From Mytilus californianus (Eukaryota): a stretch of DNA of 64,000 nt. The notes beneath the pieces are model-generated. The model searched no databases. It was not told the origin of the DNA and worked only from the letters and a program-made list of their open reading frames with translations. The DNA is taken from contig NW_026262723.1 of assembly GCF_021869535.1 (NCBI RefSeq), positions 79,670,001-79,734,000 on the forward strand, given 5' to 3'. Numbering within the stretch: the first letter of the stretch is position 1; each line of letters starts with the position of its first letter. A program made the position numbers and the translations under genes. Shown one piece after another: positions 38,640-51,579 of the stretch.

Positions 38640-39320
38640 ATTTTAATAAGCCAAAGCGGAGAATTTGTTTACTTGTTTTGAAATTGAGTTGAATTCAACT
38701 TTATATATAACTAATATAGGACTTTGGTGTTGATTCAACATTACATTATTATAGGCCCTTTTGTTTTCAGCATAATTAATATTACCAATAATCAACAAGT
38801 TCTGGGTCGAATCCGATACCGATACCAATAGTATATGTCACATGTAGTTTCCGGTTGTAGTAAGAAAACCAGGTAGGGTTCAAACAGAATGATTTTGAAA
38901 GCAGAGAAAACTATGCACCTAATAATCAGCATGACTTTATCAGATGACAATACCAATAATAAAAATCAAGGCTAAAAATAAGACGTTGGAACTTTCCAAT
39001 TTGTTAGCCGGCATGACATAAAAACGACAAATCAAAGAATTCATTTTTTTATATAACTAATATAGGACAATGGTGTTGATCAAATATTACACCATTCCAG
39101 GCCCTTTTGTTTTCCACATAATTATTATAAACAATAATTAACAAGTTTCGGGTCGACGGGTTCAAACAGAAACAGAAAAGCAGAGAAAACTGTGCACCTT
39201 AAAATCAGAATGACTTTATCAGATGACAATACGAATACTAAAAACCCAGGCTAAAAATAAGGAATAGGTACTTTAATTCAGTCACGGAACCGTAATGTCG
39301 CGGGTGTGTTCAGTGTGTTC
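38640..39320 (+). mobile_element. 5'-truncated Helitron-like element with an internal subrepeat duplication
   Basis: Homologous to 47570-48165; the gaattca...acaagtt...gcatgactttatcagatgacaatac block occurs twice; ends gtcgcgggtgtgttcagt. Confidence 0.65.
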
Positions 39321-39715
39321 TTATTTTTTAAGCCCGTTTTCACATAAACGATCATGAAAACGAGGTTGGTGACCATGTGACCTATATATTTTGGCAATTT
39401 CGAAGGGTATAACATATGTAGTAAAAAGAAGATAATCTAAACGGGGAATAAAGCCTGAAAACTGAGAACTTATAATTTTAGGAATAAAATTGATCATTTT
39501 CAATAATGATTGATGTTTTTTTTTATTCTGGAATACATCATCATCCGATTACAACATATATATATATATATACCACATTGATTTTGAAGAATTCGATCGA
39601 AAACCGATGGTTTGTCCTTATAACAGATCCACTATAATATCATTGTAAGTAAGTTTATATAAAAATATGAAGCTTCAGTTTATACTAAATGCCAAACCAT
39701 CATAACTTCTTATTT

Positions 39716-39959
39716 TTAAGGGTAAAAAAATACAGAACTAAACATGAATGAAGCAAATATAAGCCATTCAATGGTAATTTGCCTTAGGCATGTTCCACTC
39801 GATGTTGGGTTATGAATTTGGTGGATATCATTTAACCAAAATTTAACACGATCCTGGAACAAAAATTGACCCGTAGTAATATTGACATCCAAATTGATGT
39901 AATGTGCTTTAATGGCATCATAATCTTTCCACATTGGCAGGTCTGCGTCATTAACATCT
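39716..39959 (-). CDS. Type-B carboxylesterase, final coding exon
   Basis: ttatttcag|(G)DVNDADLPMWKDYDAIKAHYINLDVNITTGQFLFQDRVKFWL...SSGTCLRQITIEWLIFASFMFSSVFFYP*; phase-compatible with the donor at 41218. Confidence 0.9.
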
Positions 39960-40268
39960 CTGAAATAAGAAAAATAATCAAAACTTCAACTAATTTAGGG
40001 CACAAAATCCAACGTTACTTTTACCTTCTTGTAATGATTATTTATATATATACAATTTAATATATATTTATTATTTATGAAAAAATAAATAGAAAAACGA
40101 TTATAAATGTCTTTGTTATTTTGTCATGATTTTGTCAGTCTGTACGTTTTAATTCCCTCTGGTATCTTTTGTCTCTTTTTTTTAAATAACTAAAGCTGCG
40201 GATTTTATTTTTAATTTTCAAATTTAAGTGAAATGATGACCGATATAATCATTGGTATGTTGTTTTAA

Positions 40269-40954
40269 AGGGGCATTAGCAAAGAGATTTAAAACAAAAA
40301 TGTTTTTTTTTTGTTCAATCAGTAATGAAAGTGAAATACTGAAATAATAATTTGCTTTGTAGCAGGCAGTTTGGTTCAATTCTGTCAAAAAAAAAATAAG
40401 CTAGGAAACATCGCAGATAAATTATTCACTTGAAAGTGAATAATTCGACCTCACTGAATCCGTATTCATGTGATCTTCAATTTAACCCCTTAGCTAAAGA
40501 TAGGTTAAATTAGTCGGGATCAGTTATTAATAGGAAAATTATGTCAACATTGAAAGTGAAACACGGGTAAACCATTGGTTAACTGATTCGATCCACAAAA
40601 ACTCATTCTTATACAGATAAAAACGATGATTAACATATATTTTTAACCTATTATATGAAATCAAACAGACCTAGAAAAATCTAATTGCACGTGTTCGCTG
40701 TCTATTTATATCTATATCTATGTTTATATCGGTTTATATGACCGTCGGCAGTCTTCGGAGGTCACCCCAATGGTTAATTAGATGTCAATTGGACTATAAT
40801 ACACACGAAATGCTGATACATATTATCGAGTCCATGTATCGTAAATTGTTTATTTTGGACTTTTTATAATTTGGATATTTGTTTAGTATGTTATAAATCA
40901 AATATGAGAATTTGGGTCAAATCGGTGAACATGAATTTGACAGCTATTTTTTCT
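40269..40954. mobile_element. TTAA-flanked TIR element in the carboxylesterase intron, inverted relative to 34169-34781
   Basis: TTAA-aggggcattagc...; right TIR degenerate, followed by TTAA at 40955-40958. Confidence 0.78.
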
Positions 40955-41218
40955 TTAACGAGTAGCAGACAGGTTGATAAAATCCAAAGATAATTTTCAA
41001 TCCCCACGTTCATTTTATATTCAAATGTGATATAAACGTCTGTATTGTGTAAAATAATGACAACATCTAAAAACTAAACAAGAATCATTCAAAACAAAAA
41101 ATTGCTATGGATATATTTCCCCACTATTATTTGTTGTTGAAATTAGAACACTATTTTCTATAAACGAAATGTACATGTACATGCACAATATATATAAACT
41201 TCAACATGAAGAACTTAC

Positions 41219-42708
41219 CCAGTTTTTGCAAAATTTGTCCAGTACTTCATGAAATTTTCTGATAGATCGGTGTCCAGAGTGGGAAGAGACACAAAACTGT
41301 TGCCAAATTGATACATAGTGTCTGCTGCATGTTCAGACCTGTTGAACCAAGGTGGGAGTGGTCCAAACAAGGGAAAGGATGGTTGACCATAGAACATATA
41401 CAGAAACTGGCGACTTTTCTTTGCATTGTTTGGATCATGTAACAGCAAAGAACGTACAGCAGGGACAAAAAACAGTAAATCTGTATACAGATCAAGAATG
41501 TCAAAGGTTTGTCTCATTGTATCATTTGATTGGCCATATTGCTCAATAATAGCAGTGATGACTCTAGGGTTGCCATTGAAGTATGCCTTAGCGATTTCTG
41601 GCGCAAGAAAGTCTGTTAGAATACGTTTAGGAATTCCATCTGATATATTGAAATGAAATGGTTTCTGAAGTTTTTGAAGCGAAAAAACAAAAAGTGATGC
41701 TTCGCCACTTGTAGTTCCTATTATGACATCTAATGACCTATAAAACTTAGATGCTGGAGAATCTGCATCATTTAGAAGCTTAAGTGGGTGGTCAAGAAAC
41801 AGTTTTCCGTCTACAACTGGAGCAAGTTGAATTCCTAATAGTGTTTGCTGTCTAAATTTTGACTTCATCAATCCTTCAAACAGCTCAGACGATGTTTTCC
41901 TCTTCAAACAGCTGACTAAATTCTTTTCATTGTGTGTACAATTTACAAACTGCGAAACTAGGGAAGAGTTGGCTTTTTGGCCCATGGAATAGGGGGAAAT
42001 AGCTACTCCACTCTGCATTATGGCTCTCTGGAATAGTCCGTCATTTCTTGAAGCGATCGATAACAGTCCAACACTGAATCCTCCTGCGGACTCGCCAAAA
42101 ATCGTAATTGAATCGCTATTTCCACCAAAAGATTCAATATTGTTTTTAATCCACCGAATAGCTAAAATCTGATCCCATATCCCATAGTTGCCATCTAAAT
42201 CGGTAGTACTTAAAAATCCAAACACGTTTAGACGATAGTTTATAGTGACAACAATTACATCTCCTGTTATAGCAAACCTTCCAGCGTCATATAAAGCCGC
42301 CTGTCCAGTAGAGTATCCGCCGCCGTGAATCCATACCATCACAGATTTGTGAGTCTTAGGAGTAACTGTAAAGGGAACTTGAATGTTTAGAAATAAACAA
42401 TCTTCAGTTACGATTTTGTTTACTAAAACATTCTTTACATTTTCCGGTAGATCCTGATAACAAGACGGGCTATATGTGGTTGCGTCTAATGGAGTTGTCC
42501 ACGACCCATAAGGCACTGGTTTTTCAAATCGCAAATTGCCGACTGGAGCTTTGGCATATGGAATTTTACGGAATTCCAAAAGTTTGATATCTAAAATTTT
42601 TCTTTCAACTCCAGTTATGTTCCCAAGTTTTGTTCTTAATGTGATTTGTACGCAGGTAACTAAACAATAAGAAATGTTCAGAGTAAATATCAGAAAAATC
42701 AGCTTCAT
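41219..42708 (-). CDS. Type-B carboxylesterase (alpha/beta hydrolase), main 1490-bp coding exon; 577 aa in total
   Basis: Signal peptide MKLIFLIFTLNISYCLVTC; EDCLFLN; oxyanion loop HGGG; nucleophile GESAG; acid GTTSGE; His in SEHAAD; ends WTNFAKTG|gtaagt. Acceptor at 42721-42722 implies a non-coding upstream exon. Confidence 0.97.
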
Positions 42709-43117
42709 TGTTGATTTCTTCTGAAAAGTATGAAATAAACCAAAATAAGCAATCCTTACATCATATTTTGTTTCGTGTGTATAACGTCAACAGTCATGCT
42801 AAAAAAAGGCACCATACATGTATGTCCAGGTACAAATAGGATTGAAAACAGTCTTTTAGTAGGAGAGTGTCACAAAAAATAAATTGGGATTTTAATCCAC
42901 CGTATATAGATGTATACGACTTAATCATGAATATTAATGGAGAAAGCAAATTGTGTAGAAAATGATACAGCCAAAAAAAACCCTTCAAAATACACTATTA
43001 TTGTTGTGTGATTTATATTTAATCTTTTATTCCGGTTCTTATTTTGGTTTATTAAAAAAAACCCAGAGTTCCAATGTCCCCCGCGTTGCACATATTTTAT
43101 CGATCGAAGGGCAATAA

Positions 43118-44465
43118 CTAAAACTAGAGGCTCTAAAGAGCCCGTGTCGCTCACCTTGGTTTATATGCATATTCAACAAAGGACACTCTCCAACATTGTA
43201 GACGAGAATAGAATAAATGACAAAAATCTTTATTAATATTTTTTTTCTTATACTGCTGATCATTGAAGTCTGTTAAGTTCTCTCTATCTTATTTAGCTTT
43301 TGCTCCAAACACAAAAGAGAGGGTAAAAAAAATCCTAGTTTAAGGGCAATAACTCCTATAAAGATTAACAGTCTACGAATTATATCGGCAAACTTTGACT
43401 TGTTAGTAGGTCTTGGTTTCTGTCTATCTATTATAATTTTTATCATATAAGTCAAAAAGCCAAAAAATGGTAAAAATCGTCATTAAAGGGCAATAACTCC
43501 AATAAGGATTCGTCGAACAATTTCCGCCATTTGTCTTAATTGTAGATCTTGTCTTGCTGATAATTTTTGTTTATTTAAGTTTCTTTCTATCTATTATATG
43601 TTTTAAGATATAAGACAAAAAAGCAAAAAAATTGTACAAATCGTCATCAAAGGGCAATAACTCTAATAAGGAGTCAACTGACAATTTCAACCATACACTT
43701 ACTTGTAGAACTCGTCCTTCTGATCATTTTTGCAATTTAAAGTTTCTCTCTATTTATTATAGTTTTCAAGATAATAGGCAAAAATGAAAAAAAAGTGGTA
43801 AAATTTGTAATTTTAGGGCAATAACTCCTACAGGAAATCGTCTGACAGTTTTGACGTATATGGACAATTGGTAGAGCTCAACATTTTGAACAATTTTACA
43901 CTTTTCAGATTTCCTCTATTCATAACTGTTATCAGAATAATAGACAAAACTTGCATTTTACCCCATATGTTCTATTTTAGCCACGTCGTCCATCTTTGTT
44001 GGAAGGCGAGGTCATCGGACACATTTTAAAACTAAATACCCTAATGATGATTGTGGCCAAGTTTGATTCTATTTGGCCCAGTAGTTTCAGAGGATTTTTG
44101 TAAAAAATTACAAAAATTTACGAAAAATTGTTAAAAGTTGACTATAAAGGGCTCCTTAGGGGGTCAATTGACAATTTTGGTCATGTAACTTATATGTAAA
44201 TCTTACTTTGCTGAACATTATTGCTGTTTACAGTTTATCTCTATCTATAATAATATTCTAGATAATGACCAAAAACTGCAAAATTTCCTTAAAATTACCA
44301 ATTCAGGGGCAGCAACCCAACAACGGGTTGTCTGATTCGTCTGTTTCAAGGCAGATAGATCTTACCCTGATGAACATTTTAACCCCGTCAGATTTGCTCT
44401 AAATGCTTTAGTTTTTGAGATATAAGCCAAAAACTGCATTTTACTCCTATGTTCTATTTTTAGCC
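43118..44465 (+). mobile_element. Non-autonomous element with ~160-bp internal tandem subrepeats (Helentron/HINE-like)
   Basis: Starts aactagaggctctaaagagcccgtgtcgctcacc. The agggcaataactc motif recurs at ~43342, 43489, 43650 and 43814. Family assignment is inference. Confidence 0.6.
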
Positions 44466-47400
44466 AATATACACATTTTGAACTTCTCCTTATCATGGTA
44501 TATATATTATACCTATACAATGTATTCATCTACAGATTTCAATGAAACTTGCGGGACATTCGTATATAGTATTTTTGAAATGTTGAGCTTTTCAAATTTT
44601 TTTAAATTTTAGAACCTTTTTAACACGGTATAATCATACATGTGCTTTTGACAGGATCCCTTTCGTTGTAAGTTTAGTTTAGAATATTCATTAAACCCGG
44701 TATTCCACATTCTATCATTTAACTTAATGTTGACCGTCCTATTGGTTTCGAACTCAGTCGTATTAAAAAATTATGAAAAAAGCAAATAAATATGCTTCTA
44801 GTAATCTTTCTTACATCATAATTATTTGTCTTTGTCTGACTTTCTCAATAGATATTTGTAGTTTAATATTTATATTTTATATTTATATAATTTTGGATCT
44901 TCTAATAAAAAAAAATCCCAAATATGTAACCTGGTGTAAATAGAGACCTTTGTATATGCTTTCTTGCACTCTGGCACCTCTGATCGGCTTTATAGAATTT
45001 CAATATGTGTATGAAGAAATGAAAAGGATAGTATCCATGTATAATATTATATCCTCACATTTGTTTTCAAAGTGGCAGGTTTGATGATTGTGTCAGATGT
45101 CATTTTATCTTCCTTATATGGTTCATTTTTTACAAGATTTGTCATTTAACAGGTATCTCTAACATAAAGTGTTTGTTCGTTGTCACTTTTGTTGGATTAA
45201 ACACATTATCTTATTTTTTTTTATATGGCACGAGTCCAGCTTTAAGACAAATTGTTTTAATTGTTTTTAATTTACCCGTTTTATAAAGCAAATTTTTGGA
45301 GGTGTATAGTATTAATTTCAATTTCAACTATGTTTATTTATTCATTTTTTTTAAGGAATCTGAAATTTTATACTGTTTGAAGGATTCGTAATTTGAATGG
45401 CTATATATTGCTGAAATTAAAAGTTTAAAGCATTCCTATTGATATGAATAGTATCTTTCCATTGTACCTTTCTTACAAAAATCATATTTTCCTCTTTACT
45501 TGATGTGAAAAAAAATGATTTTTGTGTTTCTCGAATCATATCAACGTCACAATTTATAAAGTATCTGAAATTTGGGTAGACCGACATTTGAAAACGAAGG
45601 GCATTGGTTACATCCAACCGAGTGCATCAAATTAGTTTGTTGCCCTATAATGATGCAAGAGCATCTTTTTCGCATAGCAAAACATATATCCCTTAAGCTT
45701 ATAACCACACTTATTTTAATTCAAGCTACCGCACATTTTTGGGATGCAAAGTCAAATTATACACTTAAAATTACAATATTTTGCCGGGAGTTATTAAAAC
45801 ATACTTACAGTTTTTATTTACACACCACACACTCATCTATATTAATAGTTGGTTGGGGTTCTGCGAAGGTGAATTCATAATAAATGTAAGCAATTAAACC
45901 AATCTTAACCGAAGAAAAGACCTATTAAGCAAGAAAAGGTTTATTCTGGGAGGATTTCACTTACAGATAGATGGGACTTGGTTTACTGAACGAAATAAAA
46001 CACCAATTTGTATCTACCAACAAATTTCCTTACATAACATGCACTCTCTTCAACAATACGGGGGCAATGATTCTAGTAAACAGAATTGCTATAGCTAGGA
46101 GAAAATGATTATCTAATGTTTCGTATATCCATTTGATCGAATGTCGGTGCATTATTATATATGCATCTAAAAACTATTATTGTTGTATATTACAATCTCT
46201 TCAGTTTAAATAACTACATTGTACATTGCATTCATCTTAGCTTTTTTCAAGGCCTTGAACATTTTTTTTATCCTATCTATATATAGCTTATATTGTTCAA
46301 TTATATAAACATGCACATTGAGGACATTAATTTAAAAAAAATAATCATTATTAAAGTATTTTTTAAACACAATGATGACTGTGCACATGATGTAATCGCA
46401 AAAGCAATGTTAACATGTTTCAAAGAGAATACAGGAAACATATTGGATACCTGCGGCAGCAACCCCATAACACAGTCAAGTTTTTATTGCCAACACTCAA
46501 ATATTTAAGACTGTTATCCATCCACATTAATATTGACCACTATGTACATTTTGTACCACATCAATCTAAATCTAAACACATTGTAGCATCCGATATTGTT
46601 TTAAAATATGTACACACAACTACATGAAACTGCTATTCAATTTAAACTTTTAAAACAGCTTTTTAAAAATCTTGATTTCGTTAAAATATCTTGCACTCTT
46701 ACCTCGTCGACACTCAAACTCTTATATGGCCGTCAAATAAGTAATAACGGCATTGTAATTAAACAAAAAAAGAGAATAAATGCATGAACTTGATAGCAAA
46801 TGAATACATATTTAATGATATATTTTTCAATGTTAAAATAATGATACAAGTTACATCCCTTATAATAGATATATGACTGTGTGATAATAAAAAAGAAATC
46901 TGAATGAGTGTGTTCGTCGTATCGACTGTTAAATGAGGTTTTATTCATTCATAATAAAAAGCTAATTTACAAAGTAACACATGTTACGTATGAGAAGGAA
47001 TGACTGTGGATATTGTTTTAAATTCTTGCCCACAAATATAATAGTCATTTTCTTTCTTTTCGGTAGAGTGCGAAATGTCTTCAAATATTACTCGGGGATA
47101 AAGCGTAATGACCCTTCCTATTCTTCGTGTTTAATGCTGAAACACTTTGCTAATATACGATTAGTGCATAGGCAATTGAGAATATTATTGAAAGGACAGG
47201 AAGGGGGCAAAATTTGTTCTCAACTTGCTAATAATTTTCTTTAACATAAAAAAAAAATATGTTGTTGCAGGTTATTGTTTCGCAAGTTTTTAACCAATTT
47301 CAATCGATGATGATTGACTTTCCAGTATAACACAACATAAATAACAGCAATACAAATTCATTAACATATATATAATCGTTGTCCAATCTACATGGTCATT

Positions 47401-47569
47401 CAATATGTTTTCTTTTCCAATCTATATTCTTAATTAGAAAAATACCATTCTGTCAAAATTGATAGGTTATGTATGATGCAGATATAGATGAATGTGAATG
47501 TCATTCATCTTAATGTTTTGCAATGTTTCAATGAGACGAAATTATCATAGTAGTAAAACATAATATATA

Positions 47570-48165
47570 TCTACACTACTAAAATAAAGAGGTCCAATTT
47601 GTTAGCCGGCATGACGTAAAAACGACGAATCAAAGAATTCAACTTTACATATAACTTAAATAGGACAATGGTGTTGTTTAAAAATTACACCATTCCAGGC
47701 TCTTTTGTTTTCCACATAATCAATATTACCAATAATTAACAAGTTCCGGGTCGAATCTGATACCGATACCAATAGTATATGTCACACGTTGTTTCCGGTT
47801 GTAGTTACCTGTTACCTTCTGTAAATCCTTCCTATATCAGGAGATCCTGAAATTCTTCCAGTAGTTGTTTTATGCCTATGTTACACTATAATAGTACACT
47901 ATTTTACAAGTCTGTTTTCTTCCGCCTCAATACCAATATTATTTTTTGTTAATTAGTTCAAAAATTAAATTTAGTTTATAGTAAGTTTATTGTAGTAAGT
48001 AAACAGGACGAGTTCAAACAGAAAGATTTTGAAAGCAGTCTGGGCACCTTACAATCAGCATGACTTTATCAGATCACAATACGAGTACTAAAAATCAAGG
48101 CTAAAGATAAGGCAAAGGTATACTTTAATTCAGTCACGGACCCGAGATGTCGCATAGTGTTCTAG
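47570..48165 (+). mobile_element. Non-autonomous Helitron-like element with intact termini
   Basis: a|TCtacactact ... cacggacccgagatgtcgcatagtgttCTAG|t: 5' TC, 3' CTAG, inserted between A and T, no TSD, remnant subterminal hairpin. Confidence 0.75.
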
Positions 48166-51100
48166 TATATATATAACATAAGTAGATTTGGTATGATTGT
48201 CAACAAGACAACTATCTTTTATGTTCAAATGGTAAATGTACGGCCTTCAACAATGAACAAAACCCATATAATACTGTATATATATATAGTATGCTATAAA
48301 AACAACATATCAAAATGTTAAACATTCAAACGAAAAAAACAACAGCCTCGTTTATGACAAACTCTATACGAAAAACAAATATTTCATACAGCAACTAACG
48401 CCAACCATTGAATTACAGGCTTCTGGCTTGGGACAGACACATATAGAATGTGGCGGGGTTAAACATGTTTTTAGCGCTCATCCCTCATACTACTGGAACA
48501 TTGGTGTAATCGCACAACATAAGAACAAACTGTAAAAATCTGTTGAAAATGGCTTAACACATCAGACTGGCACGAAGCCTACAAAAAATAACTAACATAA
48601 TGACAAAAGATACAAAGTACAGATCTAAGAGTACTCGCAGTTACTGAAAACTAGTTCAAGTCCAATTACAACTATAACAAATAAAACATGCTCTCCCTGA
48701 CTTTAGCATAACATCTCATTAATTAAACGTGATTGTAGGTTGAAATGAAAAAGATATTGCAAAAAATTATCGCCATCATCGTAATTCAACCTTTTACGTC
48801 TATAACGTCAAACGCCACCAGAAATGTTTGCAACGTCCATGCTTTTTCTGCCATGGCGTTGTCAGTTTATTTTCTACTTATGAGTTTGAATGTCCCTTTT
48901 GTATCTTTCGCCTCTCTTTTATTCCGGTTTTAAGGGGGTAATAATATCAATCCCAGAAATATCACAGGATAATTTAATTATGATTGTTATCAATAAGTCT
49001 ATCAAGTTAAAATAAAACTATCATTTTTCCCCTCCATTAATAATATTATCACGAAAAACTTTTACCAAATTCAATATTTGTGATAAAAGGAGGCGGTGAG
49101 ATTATATAATCATTATTTCGTCCCTGAAATTGCAAAAATAGTAAAACTATTCAATCCTTTAAAAATAAGGTTAATTTTAATGGTAAATGGCCAGCTGCAG
49201 ATTGCTATAATTTGGACACTTTAGTACAGAAAGGTCGCTGAAATGTCATGAACATATCGTTTTTGGCATATTTGACCTAAAAGTAGTTTTCGGACACAAC
49301 AGATATGAACCAAGACCTTACTCAATAAGATATTCCATATACACACATTAACATCTTAGCAATATGCATATTGTAGCAAATTGTTTCTTTGGGTAACGCC
49401 TTGGCTCGTTTCTAAAAATTGATGACAAGATTTTAAAACAAGGATATTTTTTAAAAAGTTTTTGCGGTTAAATTTGCACTAAATACAAAACGTTTCAAGC
49501 ACAGTGAGTGACTAATGTAAATATTTAAGACAAAATTTAAAAAAAAACAAATACTAATATCTTTATAGACTGATGAATCTTATACATTTGAAAGATGTTG
49601 TTTGGTAGTTTATAATACTGTTTGATTTTCTAATTCAAATGACAAAACAAAATGGCCTTAGCATACCTTTTCCTTTGGTGAAAGTGTCAACCAGTTTACG
49701 ATATCGATACCATTAAATTTGATGTAAAACAAATCAGTCATAAACATATTTTTCGCGTTTATCGATATATGAAACGTTCCTGCAAAAACATCACGTATAT
49801 ATATTTATTTATTAATTTTCGTTAAAAAATAAAAGCAGCGTCTTCATCACGGAAAGGAAAATTCACCAGGAGAAGATTGGGTCGCCTATTTTGTCATTAT
49901 TTTGACTTTTACGATGTTTCTAGTGTTTTACTTCTTTCCCAGTACAATATCTCCGTTAAAGTTAACACGAAATCATGCCAGGAAAATTTTAATATGTGCA
50001 ATTTATAGATTTAAATTGATTTCGCATTGAACGCAGCAGTTTCTAAATTTTCTTAACATCCCATATCTTGATGGTATTATATGTTTTGTGTTTTCTTATG
50101 TATAAAATGTTTTTAATTTTACTACATATTTTTAGCACGCAAAGCATATCAATTTAATTTAACCGTCGATAAACAATTACCTGATATATATCGTTCAATT
50201 ATCAGAATGCCATCTGCGCATGTCAAATATTTATAATACGGCTTGCATTTCCAAAAATTTAGAACGGTGGTATATATATTTCAAAGACTATTTTTGAATT
50301 TACAGAAAGATAGAAAAATAAAGTATTATTTGAGTGCTTTAATAAAATATAATTTACGCAACTTAGTTTGTCCATTTATAATTAAGAAAAGAAAAGACAT
50401 TTTGATTGTCATAGTTAAAAGTGAAGATAAAAGTACACATTTACTTCCACGAGCTATGCACGCGATATAAGTGAAGACATTACTCCTACAATGAATAAGC
50501 AAGATAACTGGACGACTAATTAGAAGAAACAATGATAACTTTGTGTGATACTTGCAGAAGGTTATCTGCTTGTAAATTGTATAACCGACTTGGGAGGCTA
50601 GTACCGTCATTATACAGAGTGACAAATTATGTTTCCATTTGATATGTAATTCCCACATCAAATAAGTCCCTGAATCGTTAACAAATCTTATTCCCTGTGG
50701 GTGTGCCAAACATTTTGTTTATTTACTCTTTTTTTTAATCGTTAAAGTTGATGCACATTAATAATTATAATCATCAGTCTTTGTACTATTACTGAATGGA
50801 TATAAACAATAGCATGAATAATCAAATAAGGAAAAAAATAGCTAACCAAGTTTTAAAAAATATTGGAACAAATGAAAACTCGTTATTCAAGACCGAGAAA
50901 GCTCAAATAACACACAAATTACATGGGCAAAATGTACTTATATTTTTCTATTTGAAATCTTTTACAAACTTATAAACTTTTATTCTTCGAACTGTTGAAT
51001 TCTGTATCTAAACTGAAATCGAAAAAACAATATTTGTTAATATATATTCATGTTCTTTTTAGTAAATATCACTTAGTTAGCTAATTTTATTGTTACCAAT

Positions 51101-51358
51101 AAAGCTGATAAAAAAAGTAAATAATGTGAATAAAATAGTTCACGTTTTCAAGTTATTACATAAATAAGAAATGAGTCATGACTTAAATATAGACGTGTCT
51201 TATCGGTTTCATGAAAATTTCAAATAAAAAAAAATGAAAGAAATACAAATTCTATTTCTGTTTCCGTAAGAAAATGAATAACATATCAAACAGATAAATC
51301 CTTCGAACAGACAAGATGTATCTGTTTTGCAGACGATGGGGTGTTTGTGATGTATGCT

Positions 51359-51372
51359 GTTACCATAGCAAC
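51359..51372. promoter_or_regulatory. Candidate RFX X-box
   Basis: GTTACCATAGCAAC matches GTHNYY-AT-RRNAAC and lies ~110 bp upstream of the PDZ-gene ATG. Confidence 0.5.
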
Positions 51373-51480
51373 GTCTTATCTTAAATTATCTTTGTAGCTG
51401 CATCTTCCAAAATTTTCGTACATTCCTCTTGCCACCTTCTCTTTCAGAATATTGCCCAGTAGAAGGGCTGGGCTTTAAAT

Positions 51481-51579
51481 ATGGAAACTATTTGGCTACA
51501 GAGGTCCAGTGGCGAGGTCCCCTGGGGATTTCGTTTGCAAGGGGGACGTGAATTCGCTCAGCCTTTATCAGTACAGAAG
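51481..51579 (+). CDS. PDZ/ZM (Zasp/PDLIM-like) gene, first coding exon, PDZ N-terminal half; contains a compensated frameshift
   Basis: ATG frame reads METIWLQRSSGEVP-GDFVCK-GGREFAQPLSVQK|gtagg; PWGFRLQG is present in the shifted frame. Acceptor at 51446-51447. Confidence 0.8.

Noticed and set aside
41215-42708. Calling the esterase acetylcholinesterase or neuroligin
   Set aside because: It lacks the AChE choline-site Trp and FGESAG-flanking AChE signatures; its catalytic Ser is intact and there is no TM plus cytoplasmic tail as in neuroligins.
46700-46730. Minus-strand donor GAG|GTAAGA as the esterase first exon with a TATA box
   Set aside because: The TATA-like motif is too close to the donor to leave an exon; a donor alone is insufficient evidence.
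49570-49600. CTGATGA...GAAA as another hammerhead
   Set aside because: No stem II pairing, no stem III/NUH and no stem I partner.
51448-51551. Reading the PDZ exon from the acceptor in the PWGFRL frame
   Set aside because: That frame runs into GGG GGG ACG TGA before the donor and would be out of phase with exon 2.
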